Notes: generated from the sequence alone by a model not told the origin. DNA of 64,000 bases from Terriglobia bacterium (GCA_963732195.1 CAVSYO010000006.1:40970-104969), one strand, 5' to 3'. Counted from the first letter of the stretch, positions 35,504 through 44,749 are shown. Numbers and translations: made by a program.

Positions 35504-36919
35504 GTGCGTCGATTCATGATCGCGTTCGTGTTGCTTTCGGCAAGCCTGTGTGCACAGCAACCTACTCCCACCCCAACGCCAGATTCCGGTGTCGAGAACG
35601 AAAAAAAGCAGGAGCCGGCGACCGAAACGGGCAAGTTTAAAAAGAATTGCCCCAAGCATATTGTGGGCTGCGCGGAAGTGCTCTTCACTGGACAGCCGTT
35701 ACACATCGCAGTGGGGAGCATTGCGCCGCAAAACGGCTTTGGCGCCGGACTGGCTTACGTGGGACACAAAGACGGTGATGATTGGAGCAAGGCGTGGAGC
35801 GCGGACGCCGTCGGATCGAGCAATGGATCGTGGCGCGCGGGCTTCTACCTGAAATTCGTCGGCACGCACCTTGAGCGGTCCGACGTTAGCATGGGAGTCC
35901 CGAAAGACGTCGGCGACGTACAGGCTTATGTGGAGCGACCGGTTTACAACTTCTACGCGCAGTCAACCTCGCTCAACAAGCTGACGTTCTTCGGCGAAGG
36001 GCCGGCAACGACAACCGCAGGGCGATCATTCTTCGGCATGACGGAGCACATTGTCGGCGCCAGCGCGGTGTGGCCGATTTTTGCGAAGCTCAACGCGGGC
36101 ATCTTCGCCGAGTTGAACGGGCGATTGCCGGAGATCCGTCCGAGCACAGGCCAGGGCTCGCCTTCGATAGAGACGCTGTACACGCCGGCGACGGCACCGG
36201 GGCTGGCGCACCAGCCTTTCTTCCTGCAGCCGGGGGTCGGGGTGAGAATGCGGCCCGCGACGAAGAATAATTTGCTGCATTTGAATTACGCCGCGATGTA
36301 TCAGCCGTTCATCGATACAGACGGTTCGGGTTTTTCATTCCAGCGGCTGACGTTTGATCTTTACCAGGAAATTTCGATCCATCACACGAACATGTACGTA
36401 GCGCGGGACGCGAACAGTCCGAACGATTGCCGTCAAGATGCCACGAGTGATGATTCGACATGCCCACGTGCGACTACCACAACGAGCCAGGCGGGGACGT
36501 TGGGGCTGCGGGTGTTCAACTCCCTCTCGATGACGCCCGGGACGAATGTTGTGCCGTTTTATTTGCAGCCGACGCTGGGCGGATCCGACATCAACGGGAG
36601 CCCTTCACTCAGCAGCTACCAGGATTACCGCTTTAGGGCGCCGAATGTCCTACTGCTACAGGAATCATTTGATCATTCGCTCGGCCACTGGCCGCTGGGG
36701 ATCACGCTCCGTGCCGATCAGGGCAAGGTTGCTCTTTTGCGCGGCGACCTGGGAAGCAATCCGTGGAGACATAGCTATGCAGCCGGCGTTAACCTGCGCG
36801 CCGGCGGGTTCCCAATGGTGTATCTGCTGTTTGCGTTTGGCGGACACGAAGGCACGCATACGATCGTGAACGTGAATACGTCATTGCTGGGAAGTTCGGC
36901 GAGGCCGAGTTTGTTCTAG
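35504..36919 (+). CDS. Outer-membrane beta-barrel protein candidate
   Basis: GTG 35504 (behind AAGGAG) or ATG 35516. It has signal peptide MIAFVLLSASLCAQQ, alternating beta-strand-like sequence, and a terminal ..SSARPSLF with C-terminal Phe (OMP beta-signal). Confidence 0.65.
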   Translation: MRRFMIAFVLLSASLCAQQPTPTPTPDSGVENEKKQEPATETGKFKKNCPKHIVGCAEVLFTGQPLHIAVGSIAPQNGFGAGLAYVGHKDGDDWSKAWSADAVGSSNGSWRAGFYLKFVGTHLERSDVSMGVPKDVGDVQAYVERPVYNFYAQSTSLNKLTFFGEGPATTTAGRSFFGMTEHIVGASAVWPIFAKLNAGIFAELNGRLPEIRPSTGQGSPSIETLYTPATAPGLAHQPFFLQPGVGVRMRPATKNNLLHLNYAAMYQPFIDTDGSGFSFQRLTFDLYQEISIHHTNMYVARDANSPNDCRQDATSDDSTCPRATTTTSQAGTLGLRVFNSLSMTPGTNVVPFYLQPTLGGSDINGSPSLSSYQDYRFRAPNVLLLQESFDHSLGHWPLGITLRADQGKVALLRGDLGSNPWRHSYAAGVNLRAGGFPMVYLLFAFGGHEGTHTIVNVNTSLLGSSARPSLF

Positions 36920-37125
36920 AGTTTGAAATTCCAGTAGCAAGGTAAGGCCAGGGTTTTTTCGCGGTTAATGGAGCCGTCGTCATTTCTGAAGACGGGAGTC
37001 TCGGGCTCGACACCGCCGGAGGATTGGCTGAGACAAGCAGCGAGCCGGGCAATAAATTCATCGTCAGTCATAGAGTTCCTTTTATGCTAGTTTTGGGTTG
37101 AAGATAGAGGTACGCTCTTCCCTAA

Positions 37126-37822
37126 ATGCCTGACCTAAAGAAGCTCATTGCCCTATTGAAACGGGCTTACGGCGCTCCCAAGCTGCCATTGGCGAAAGGA
37201 CCGTTTGAGCTGGTGGTGTGGGAGAACGCCTGCTACCTGCTGCCTGACGATCGCCGTGCCGCTGTGTTCGAAGGTCTGCGGAAACAGATTGGTCTAAATG
37301 CAAAAGCAATTCTCCAAGCCGATGCTAATGTGCTGCTGGCGTTGGCTACGATGGGCGGCATGCGTCCCAAGGTGCGTGTTTTTCGCTGGCAGGAGATTGC
37401 ACGGATTACCCTAAGCCAGTTTGATGGTGATCTGGACCAGATACTCAAGCTGCCATATGCGCAAGCCAAAAAAGCGTTGAAACAGTTTCCGAACATCGGC
37501 GATCCCGGCGCGGAAAAGATACTGATGTTTTGCGGCGCGTCGCCCGGGTTACCGCTGGAGTGGAACGGCTTGCGTGTCCTGACACGCGTTGGGTATGGAC
37601 GGTGGCAGAAAAATTATGGCGCTGCGTACCGGTCAGTGCAAGAAGCGCTTGAAGCCGGAGCTTCCGCGCAAGGCGGATGCGATTGCCGCAGGCCCATTTG
37701 TTGCTGCGGCAACATGGAAAAGAGATCTGCCGGGACAAATCGCCGCAGTGTTATGAATGTCCGGTGAAGGAGTTGTGCGCGTATCCGGCAAAACAGTTGA
37801 AGGTGTTTAGCCGGGGAGCGTA
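37126..37822 (+). CDS. HhH-GPD (endonuclease III-like) DNA glycosylase with Fe-S cluster loop, two apparent frameshifts near the 3' end
   Basis: It has HhH-like LKQFPNIGDPGAEKILMF. After two +1 corrections (about 37656 and 37690) the C-terminus reads AHLLLRQHGKEICRDKSPQCYECPVKELCAY, which is C-x6-C-x2-C-x5-C. Confidence 0.7.
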
Positions 37823-37826
37823 GGGT

Positions 37827-37940
37827 TCTTGTGCCGCCCCTACGGGGCTTCCTCATGTTTAACTCTTACCCACCCTTCTCGGCTCGCATACGCTCGCCTT
37901 CAGGGTGGGCTAACCTTGGTCGCGCCTTACGGCGCTCGGA
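37827..37940. repeat. REP/MITE-like element, family B (copy 1 of 2 in window)
   Basis: ..GTGCCGCCCCTACGGGGCTT..CCCACCCTTCTCGGCTCGCATACGCTCGCCTTCAGGGTGGGCTAACCTTGGTCGCGCCTTACGGCGCT. The second copy is at 47300-47413. Confidence 0.8.
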
Positions 37941-38001
37941 TTACCGTAAATCCGTGATTCATCTTGCCCGTTGAGCGTAATTGGGTTCCCCTATAGCGGT
38001 T

Positions 38002-39914
38002 TTATAGATACCGTAGACCAACGCAAAAGAAACACACAGGCTCGCCTCCGGCGCTACATCTCGGCGCTGAAGAAAGCGCGCCCTCATCTACGGGGCTCGG
38101 GATGATGGCCGGTTTCTGATCCGTCGCTTCCTGGCTTTGTACCGTAGTTCTAGAATTTACCTCCGGCTCATTGCGGTTCAAAAACAATAAATCCAATCGC
38201 TCAATCTCACTGCGTGCCCACAAGGCATTAGGCTCATTTTCACATTCACTCCATCTCGCCACAGCGTCGAGCAGTACCGCGCGGACCGTTGGATACTGCT
38301 TGAAATTGCACTGGATCTGGCTGCCCTGGGTAACGGCAGCAATCACGTTGCGCACGAGGACCGAATCCGAGGGTGCCTGCGGTCCACGGTCAATTTTTGA
38401 GCCGCGTTCAGACGGCTTGATGCTTCGTCCGGATGAAACTTCTCCTGTCGCCTGCTGGCGATAGAACTCAACGATGCCGCCGCCGAGACGGCTGCGCATA
38501 TAAATGAGCGCCTGCGAAGTCGCATCAACGTCATCGTCATGCGCGGCCTTGGGAAATGTGCAGATATTGTGCAGATAGTCTTCAATCCAGGTGCAGCCGA
38601 AGACCTGCGGATCAGGCAGCTCAATGCTGCCGGATTCCCAAAGCGGCGCGGTGGCCTGAGCGCGGGCGAGCTTGCCGCCTTCAGGATTTACGGCAACCAC
38701 TCCGGCAATTTCCTTCTGTAGCTCACTGATAATGGCGGGCCCGTTAGCCTTATCTTCAATCAGCACGGCGTGCGCCTGGGGAAACTTGGCATGGCAGGCT
38801 TTGATGGCGGCCATGGTAGGACCGAAATCAAGCCGGTCATAAGTGCGATACGGAAGCATGAAATATTTTCCGCCGGAGCGCGCCCAGACCTGGCCGGCGA
38901 CAAAGTCATTCTCCTGGCCGCCGCTAAAAGTGCAGTCCCAGGACTGGACCATGAACTCAAATTTTTCCGGCAGCTGGCGATAAAAGCGCACCCACTGGCG
39001 CTTGATGATGCCGCCATCGAGCGGCGCAGGCGTTTGCTGATATTGTCCGTTGAAGGCCCAGCTACCCATGCCGACGCGCTGGCTATCAAGAAAAGATTGC
39101 GGCAGTCGAGCGGACCAGAGCAGTTCACCAGCCTTCTGATTTACGACTTTCTTCGATTTAGGGAATTTCCATGGTTGATCTTTCGGCGCAATTGCCGGCA
39201 GGCTCACATGTTGCCAGCGGCTGCTTTCACGAGCAAGCACGTGGCCGGTGAGATCAAGCTCATGCAGGCGCTGCATAATAATGATCTTTACGCCGGTGGC
39301 GGGATCATTGATGCGGCTGCGAAACGTGGTATCAAAACGCACGTTAACCGCTTCCCTTTCCACCTGGCTGATGGCCTGCTCCGGGTTGAGCGGATCGTCA
39401 AAGATCAGAATGTCACCGCCCATGCCAGTGGCAGTGGCCTGCATTCCGGTGGAGAACATGGTGCCGCGCGAAGAATTCTCATAATGGCTTTTGACGTTCT
39501 GATCACGCGAGAGCGAGAAGACGCTGCCCCACTCTTCCTGGTACCACGGTGACTCAATAATGCTGCGACGGAAAACGCTGTGCTGCGTGCTGAGTTTTTC
39601 AGAATAAGAAACGAACATGAAGCGGCGCGACGGATCGGTGGTCCACACCCAGATGGGAAAGAAGACGGATGATCAGAAGGCTCTTCATGGTCCGCGGAGG
39701 AACGTTGAAAATGATGCCTTCAAGGTCAGCGGCAAATGGTCTTGAAATTGCCGTCCCTGATCAGCGTGAGGTATTCACAGATAAGATCGAGATGCCAGCT
39801 CCAGACGAGAGTACTGACAGGCTCAAGGAGATGCCAGGCATGCTCAACAAACTCTTTGAGTGTGAGATTGAGGACCTGACTCTTCCCAACCGCATTTTGC
39901 TTTGGTTCACTCAT
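38002..39914 (-). CDS. terL: Terminase large subunit (two apparent frameshifts in the first ~260 nt)
   Basis: The main ORF 38002-39648 has MGGDILIFDDP (Walker B-like), a nuclease region and HDDDVDATSQAL. The N-terminus is in ORF 39726-39914. The P-loop-like IIFNVPPRTMKSLLI is in a third frame in between. Confidence 0.85.
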
Positions 39915-39923
39915 TTGGTCCCC

Positions 39924-40406
39924 TCATGCCTCAACGACACGGGCTATCCGCTGATTCTGGATCGAACTGGCTGATGCTTCAGTTTCATCTTCATCCTCAG
40001 CTTCTAAGCCAGCATCGGCTTCGCCTTGAACATAAGTGAGGGTTGCGACGTTTTTCCGCCATCCGACATAGAGCGCAGCCTTGACGCGGTCAGAACCCGC
40101 CACGTACTCCCAGATGGCCGTCCCATTGATGTTGCAGCTTGTATCTCGCAAATAAGTAAGCTTGGCGAACGTGAGCTGCAGAGCAGTGTTTTTATGAATG
40201 AACACGGCCAGACCGTCTCTAACCAGCTTGATGGCCGAAATAAAACGTACAGCAAATGCAGGCGGCGCGGGATAAGCTCGCTCACACTCCACGGTCTTAC
40301 CCTGAAGGCAATCTTTGCAGGGATCCGACAGACAATAAGCGTGAACAGCACAGGTGTGGCATGGGTCGCCCAAAATGCAGGGCGAGAGGAATGTGGGCTG
40401 GTGCAT
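39924..40406 (-). CDS. Cys-rich hypothetical protein at the small-terminase position
   Basis: MHQPTFLSPCILGDPCHTCAVHAYCLSDPCKDCLQGK.. with an acidic C-tail. The stop is 9 nt before the terL ATG. The function is inferred from position only. Confidence 0.4.
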   Translation of the reverse strand: MHQPTFLSPCILGDPCHTCAVHAYCLSDPCKDCLQGKTVECERAYPAPPAFAVRFISAIKLVRDGLAVFIHKNTALQLTFAKLTYLRDTSCNINGTAIWEYVAGSDRVKAALYVGWRKNVATLTYVQGEADAGLEAEDEDETEASASSIQNQRIARVVEA

Positions 40407-40563
40407 CCGATATACAGGCACAATATACTGCGACACTAGATATTCCCCCCTCGCACGGTAAAACAGGTTGCTGGTTTGTGTTGGCGCTGCGCTGGGGTGA
40501 GACCTTATAGGCCAGCGGAACATCCACGCGCCGCACACGGAATGACTGCGCTGCTAATGCGCT

Positions 40564-40971
40564 CTAGGAGCTGTCAGGTTCACCATCACCCGGCGAATCC
40601 CACCGCGTGGGCTCAACGATGTGAACTTGATGGAACGGAAGATTTCTTGATGTGAGCCCGGATCCGAGCAGGACGAAAGTGCACTCGTGATTACATTCCG
40701 GGCATGCGATGACAGCTTGCGTTGGGAGCTCTGGGATTGCCTGGCGGACAGAGCCACAGCGTGAGCATGAGAGAGCAATATAGATACACGGGCGCAAAGC
40801 GTGCTGTCCGGCCGACGATAGCTGAGAAGAAGATTGGCTGCGGTCATCGGACAATGCAGCACGCAGAGGTGAGCGCGGCATGGAAACTGAGAACGGTTCG
40901 TGATCGAAAGGCATTTTGTTCTTCTCTTGTGCGGCTGAAACGATTTGCGTTTGGTTGAGAGCTGTTGTCAT
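40564..40971 (-). CDS. Zinc-ribbon hypothetical protein
   Basis: CSRCG...(18)...CPECNHEC. The start overlaps the upstream stop (ATGA). Confidence 0.45.
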   Translation of the reverse strand: MTTALNQTQIVSAAQEKNKMPFDHEPFSVSMPRSPLRAALSDDRSQSSSQLSSAGQHALRPCIYIALSCSRCGSVRQAIPELPTQAVIACPECNHECTFVLLGSGLTSRNLPFHQVHIVEPTRWDSPGDGEPDSS

Positions 40972-41198
40972 AAGGCCTGCTTCGCGAGATATCTTTCAAA
41001 AAGCTTTTGAGCGCATGCCTGGCCGCAAGCTGGCTCATCATTCGAGCGCAAGTCAGTAGCGGCAGAGTATGGCCGGCAGGTAAAACGCTGCTCAACAGAG
41101 ATGATGAACCAATGATTGGCCTCGCGGCGGACGTTGGTGCATCCCGGCGCGGCACACTTTATGGTTGTAACCAGATGAGGATTGCGTGGCTTGGTCAC
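40968..41198 (-). CDS. Small Cys-rich hypothetical protein
   Basis: GTG 41198 behind GGAGG gives TKPRNPHLVTTIKCAAPGCTNVRREANHWF...EPACGQACAQKLFERYL. There is a GTGA overlap with the upstream stop. Confidence 0.45.
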   Translation of the reverse strand: MTKPRNPHLVTTIKCAAPGCTNVRREANHWFIISVEQRFTCRPYSAATDLRSNDEPACGQACAQKLFERYLAKQAL

Positions 41199-41959
41199 AA
41201 GCAAACCTCCAGAGATCCAAATTGCGAAAACAACTTGATGAGTGCCTGGGCCGCATACCATGCGAGACATGAACGGACTGCGCGCATTACGCGGACAAAG
41301 AGCAAAGTTAGAGTGTCTGGATGCGAGATTCTAAACAATGGCCGATTGCGGGCTGTTGACCAGCTCGCGCTGCAGTGAGACTGATAGGCAAATTGATTAC
41401 TGCAAGAGCATTGAGTTCGATTGGGAGCGGAGACAAAGCCGTCTTTCTCAATAGAAAGGGCGACGGAGACCAGCTTCTCTCTCCAACCATGACTCAGTTC
41501 CGCATTCGTATCGGAGTCGGTCCAGTGACCGTCGGCACGATGGTCGTCAAGACAACTGCCGCAAAACCGACTGTCACAGTCAAGGCATACATAAAGATGG
41601 GTACTGCAGAAATCCTGTTCGCAAACAGGACATGACGCAGACGAATGAGTGCCGCAAACGAGACACAGACGATCATCTAGCAAAAGATTGGTTGAGAGGA
41701 CAGAATGATCGGGAGAACCTGAAAACGATAACGAATGTGTTTTTAAGGCTGCGAACAAATGCCGCGGCCTTCGAGCCTTCGCGCCTGCAATTAGTGGATC
41801 GCTAAGCCCACGTAGCGACGCGGCACCTTGAGTGATCGAGTGTTCACCTACTAGGTGAAGCGTCGGAGGCAGCTGTCTGCAAAGGCCTTTTTGCTGCCGT
41901 GGCTGAGAGGTTGAACTAGTTGATTGAAATCGAGCCGAGTCAAAGAGCAATGCAATCAT
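41195..41959 (-). CDS. Hypothetical protein with B-box-like multi-Cys zinc-finger; start uncertain
   Basis: CLVCGTHSSASCPVCEQDFCSTHLYVCLDCDSRFCGSCLDDH. The tracked start (42040) lies inside the att repeat and is unlikely to be real. Confidence 0.4.
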   Translation of the reverse strand: MIALLFDSARFQSTSSTSQPRQQKGLCRQLPPTLHLVGEHSITQGAASLRGLSDPLIAGAKARRPRHLFAALKTHSLSFSGSPDHSVLSTNLLLDDRLCLVCGTHSSASCPVCEQDFCSTHLYVCLDCDSRFCGSCLDDHRADGHWTDSDTNAELSHGWREKLVSVALSIEKDGFVSAPNRTQCSCSNQFAYQSHCSASWSTARNRPLFRISHPDTLTLLFVRVMRAVRSCLAWYAAQALIKLFSQFGSLEVCL

Positions 41960-42005
41960 CGCTTTTGAGAGCTGAAAGCAGTATCCGACTGTGGACAGGC
42001 CGAGA

Positions 42006-42042
42006 TTTTGCAGCCTTCTGCTTAGAAGGCAGAGGGACATAA
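42006..42042. repeat. Candidate attR core (37-bp direct repeat, copy 2)
   Basis: Identical to 5838-5874. Confidence 0.75.
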
Positions 42043-42217
42043 TTCTGTGGAAGTCGTCGTGAATTAGAGAATAGGCGAATCAAATTGCTTGAGCCATGTA
42101 AAGCACTCAACTTATTTGAGAGCAGCCTGTTACACTGGGGCTCGATCAGCGGTGGGTTTCCGATGAGTTGTCATTGCTGCATTGCTTCAACTTTCAATTA
42201 TCATTGTTTTGCCAATT

Positions 42218-42593
42218 GCTCTGATTCTTTGCTCTGATTCTTTGCTCTGATTCTTTGCTCTATCTTGATCCTTTGCTCTAATCCTTTGTTTTTGGTCCAT
42301 TGCTCTGATCGTTGCTTTAGCGATCGCCATGGCCCATCGATGTCTCTCTTTGTTCTTTGCGTTTTCTCTTGCTGTTTTCTTTTGCCTGTTTTCTTTTGCC
42401 TGTTGCCAATTGACGTTAATTATGGTTTGCGCTTAGTCTTACTCGTGCCTCCTTGTGTTGCTTCTGAAAGGTGCATAGCTTGCTTGTGTTGGCTTGCTTG
42501 TGTTGGCTTGCTTGTGATAGCTTGCTTGTGTTGGCTTGCTTGTACTTGTGTTGGCTTGCTTGTGCATAGCTTGCTTGTGTTGGCTTGCTTGTG
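42218..42593. repeat. Block of three short tandem-repeat families
   Basis: 13-bp GCTCTGATTCTTT x3 plus degenerate copies (42218-42320). 14-bp CTGTTTTCTTTTGC x2 (42372-42399). 14-bp GCTTGCTTGTGTTG about x8 (42478-42593). Confidence 0.9.
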
Positions 42594-43109
42594 GGCCGTC
42601 GGTCTAGGCCTGGCGGCGTGTGTACCAGTTGCGAGAACACTTGCTTTGGGATTATGCGGTTTAGTGATTCGGTTGCAACCTGGAGTTCAACTGAACGATG
42701 GCGTGTTGCAGCAGATTGAGTCCGATTGCCCATCGACGCAACGGATCGTGGTCGCTGTCCGCCAAAGCCGGTCACGTACGCTGTCAAGCAGAACCCTGTG
42801 ACGGAAGAGTTTGGCTCTTTACAATGGGGCTTACGCTCCAGTTCGACGTTGCCGCTCTCTCCGGATGGCGCTGTACGGCTTTTTCCCGATGGTTCTGTCT
42901 TGCCCAATGGTTCCGTCTTGAATGAATCGTCACAATGTAACAAATCAGCTCTCTGAAATTCTTGCGCGCTCGATTGCTTTCCTTCAGTCAAGGCAGCGAA
43001 CTCGCCGTGATTCAGTACTCTGCCTTGTTCGTCATGAGCCGTAACTTTGGAAAGCTCTTCTCGACGTAGTGCGCGCACATGTCTACCATCGTCAAAGACG
43101 TTGGCGGGT

Positions 43110-43751
43110 TCATCCTGAATCACTCTCACATGCATGCCGTGATTTGTAACTCTCGCAGATTCCTCCTGTAGGCGCGATATCCGTATACTCTCCGTAACGC
43201 GCGACATCGGCCTGCCCACTGTGATCCATAGTGTCGTCATTTCCGGATAAACTCATTCCAGAATCTTTCACAGTCTTGGATAGCATGCCGCCTTGCTCAG
43301 CTTCATTCTCAGACACAATTTTTTGCTGATGGTAGTAACAATTGCGAATGACCAGTTCCACGGTAGCCGCGATTTCAGGGGCTTGGCTGAGCAGCCGGCA
43401 AAGTTCTTTAGCAAAAGCTTCATGCTTTTCAACCGAGCAACGTTCCCTTTCGTCTACAAAGACCAGGTCAACGTAAGAAACAAATTTGCGGTCGCCAAAT
43501 ATCTCTTCTGCCGGCGCGACTTCATTGCTGGCCCAAGCATCACACTTCGCAGTTGCCAGCGGAAAGCCAGTGGCGTTAATGCGCGAGAGAAACGAGCCAA
43601 GTTCCGGATAGGCTACAGCTTCAGGAATTTTCTGCACCAGCTCAGGGTACTTTTTCAAGTCATAGTAGCGGACGTGAGGATCATCGGAGGACCAAGGGAT
43701 TTCCAGCGCTGGAGCGTCGCCGCCCAACTCAACAGAAAAGTCGGCTTGCAT
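43110..43751 (-). CDS. Conserved-looking hypothetical protein, translationally coupled to the hydrolase gene
   Basis: 213 aa. The ATG overlaps the hydrolase stop. The C-terminal end may be affected by frame problems. Confidence 0.55.
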   Translation of the reverse strand: MQADFSVELGGDAPALEIPWSSDDPHVRYYDLKKYPELVQKIPEAVAYPELGSFLSRINATGFPLATAKCDAWASNEVAPAEEIFGDRKFVSYVDLVFVDERERCSVEKHEAFAKELCRLLSQAPEIAATVELVIRNCYYHQQKIVSENEAEQGGMLSKTVKDSGMSLSGNDDTMDHSGQADVARYGEYTDIAPTGGICESYKSRHACESDSG

Positions 43752-44749
43752 CAGCGCATTCCATGATGCTGGAAGAAGTGCATAATCTGGCGTTCTGCCC
43801 AGCGCCCATCGTATCCATTCGGCTGAGCCAAAAAAGCGCAGTGGCCGCCGTGAGCGGTTTCCAGCAGAGTAATGTGCGGATTAGCCATGATCTTGGCGCG
43901 GGTTTCCGGCAGTAAGCGGATAAAAGGATCGTCGGTGGCATGGATCACCAGAGTCGGCAGCGCAATGTTTTCAATCACGCGATACGCGCCAGAGCGCGTG
44001 TAATAATCCTGCGCGCTTTCAAAGCCGCAATAGCGCGCGGTAACCACATCATCAAATTCGCGGATGGTGGTGGGAAAGCGATCGACCTTTTTATATGTGT
44101 CAGGAAATAACTTGCGTTTGCGTTCATAGGTGCGCATCAGGCTGACGAGAAATTTCCATTCGTAGATGCGATTGCCGCCCACATGCATGGCGTCCGCAGA
44201 TGCGGCCAAGTCCGCCGCCGGAGAAACCGCCGCTACCGCTTTCAGTTCGGCAGGCGCACCCGCGCCCAGTTCGCCGGCAAGTTTCAGCACCAGGTTGCCG
44301 CCCATGGAGTAACCAATCAGCCCCACGCGTGAAACTTTTCGTTGCTCAATCACCGTACGCAGCACCGCGCCCACATCGCTAGAAAGGCCGGAATGATAAA
44401 GCGTTGGCGTCAGTCCTCCGGTGCCTCCGCACGTGCGCATGTTCATCCGGACGACGTTCATGCCGGCGTCCCAGGCTTTGGCGGAATTGCCAATCACGTA
44501 TTGTGACAGGCTTGAGCCCTCAAGCCCATGAACGATAATGACAGTCGCCCGGCGCTCGGCGTCGGCGTGCCAGTGGCAGTGGGCCAGGACCTGGGTATCG
44601 GCGTCCACTCGATACAGACATTCTTCCGGCGCGGGCAGTTTGTTTTTGCGGGGAAGGAAGTTGCCGGCCAACGTCATGGCGTGCCGATTGCGCAGATAAC
44701 GACGCGGAACAAATGGATCGAAAATCGGGTCTCTTGAATTTTCAGCCAT
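43751..44749 (-). CDS. Alpha/beta-fold hydrolase (YheT/ABHD-type)
   Basis: VIIVHGLEGS.., nucleophile elbow GYSMGGN, and a C-terminal ..TAHGGHCAF. Confidence 0.8.
   Translation of the reverse strand: MAENSRDPIFDPFVPRRYLRNRHAMTLAGNFLPRKNKLPAPEECLYRVDADTQVLAHCHWHADAERRATVIIVHGLEGSSLSQYVIGNSAKAWDAGMNVVRMNMRTCGGTGGLTPTLYHSGLSSDVGAVLRTVIEQRKVSRVGLIGYSMGGNLVLKLAGELGAGAPAELKAVAAVSPAADLAASADAMHVGGNRIYEWKFLVSLMRTYERKRKLFPDTYKKVDRFPTTIREFDDVVTARYCGFESAQDYYTRSGAYRVIENIALPTLVIHATDDPFIRLLPETRAKIMANPHITLLETAHGGHCAFLAQPNGYDGRWAERQIMHFFQHHGMR

Larger units (their letters stand above)
5838..42042. mobile_element. Integrated siphovirus-type prophage (~36.2 kb) including a 6.4-kb cargo island
   Basis: Perfect 37-bp direct repeats at both ends. 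The integrase lies 233 bp inside the left repeat. Terminase, portal, protease, capsid, tail and lysis genes lie between. Host-type genes flank it (pepA side; hydrolase and tRNA-His side). Confidence 0.85.

Noticed and set aside
42416-43240. 274-aa minus-strand ORF
   Set aside because: Its 3' third is a translation of the 14-bp tandem repeat, and its 5' end overlaps gene 43110-43751. At most a short middle part could be coding.
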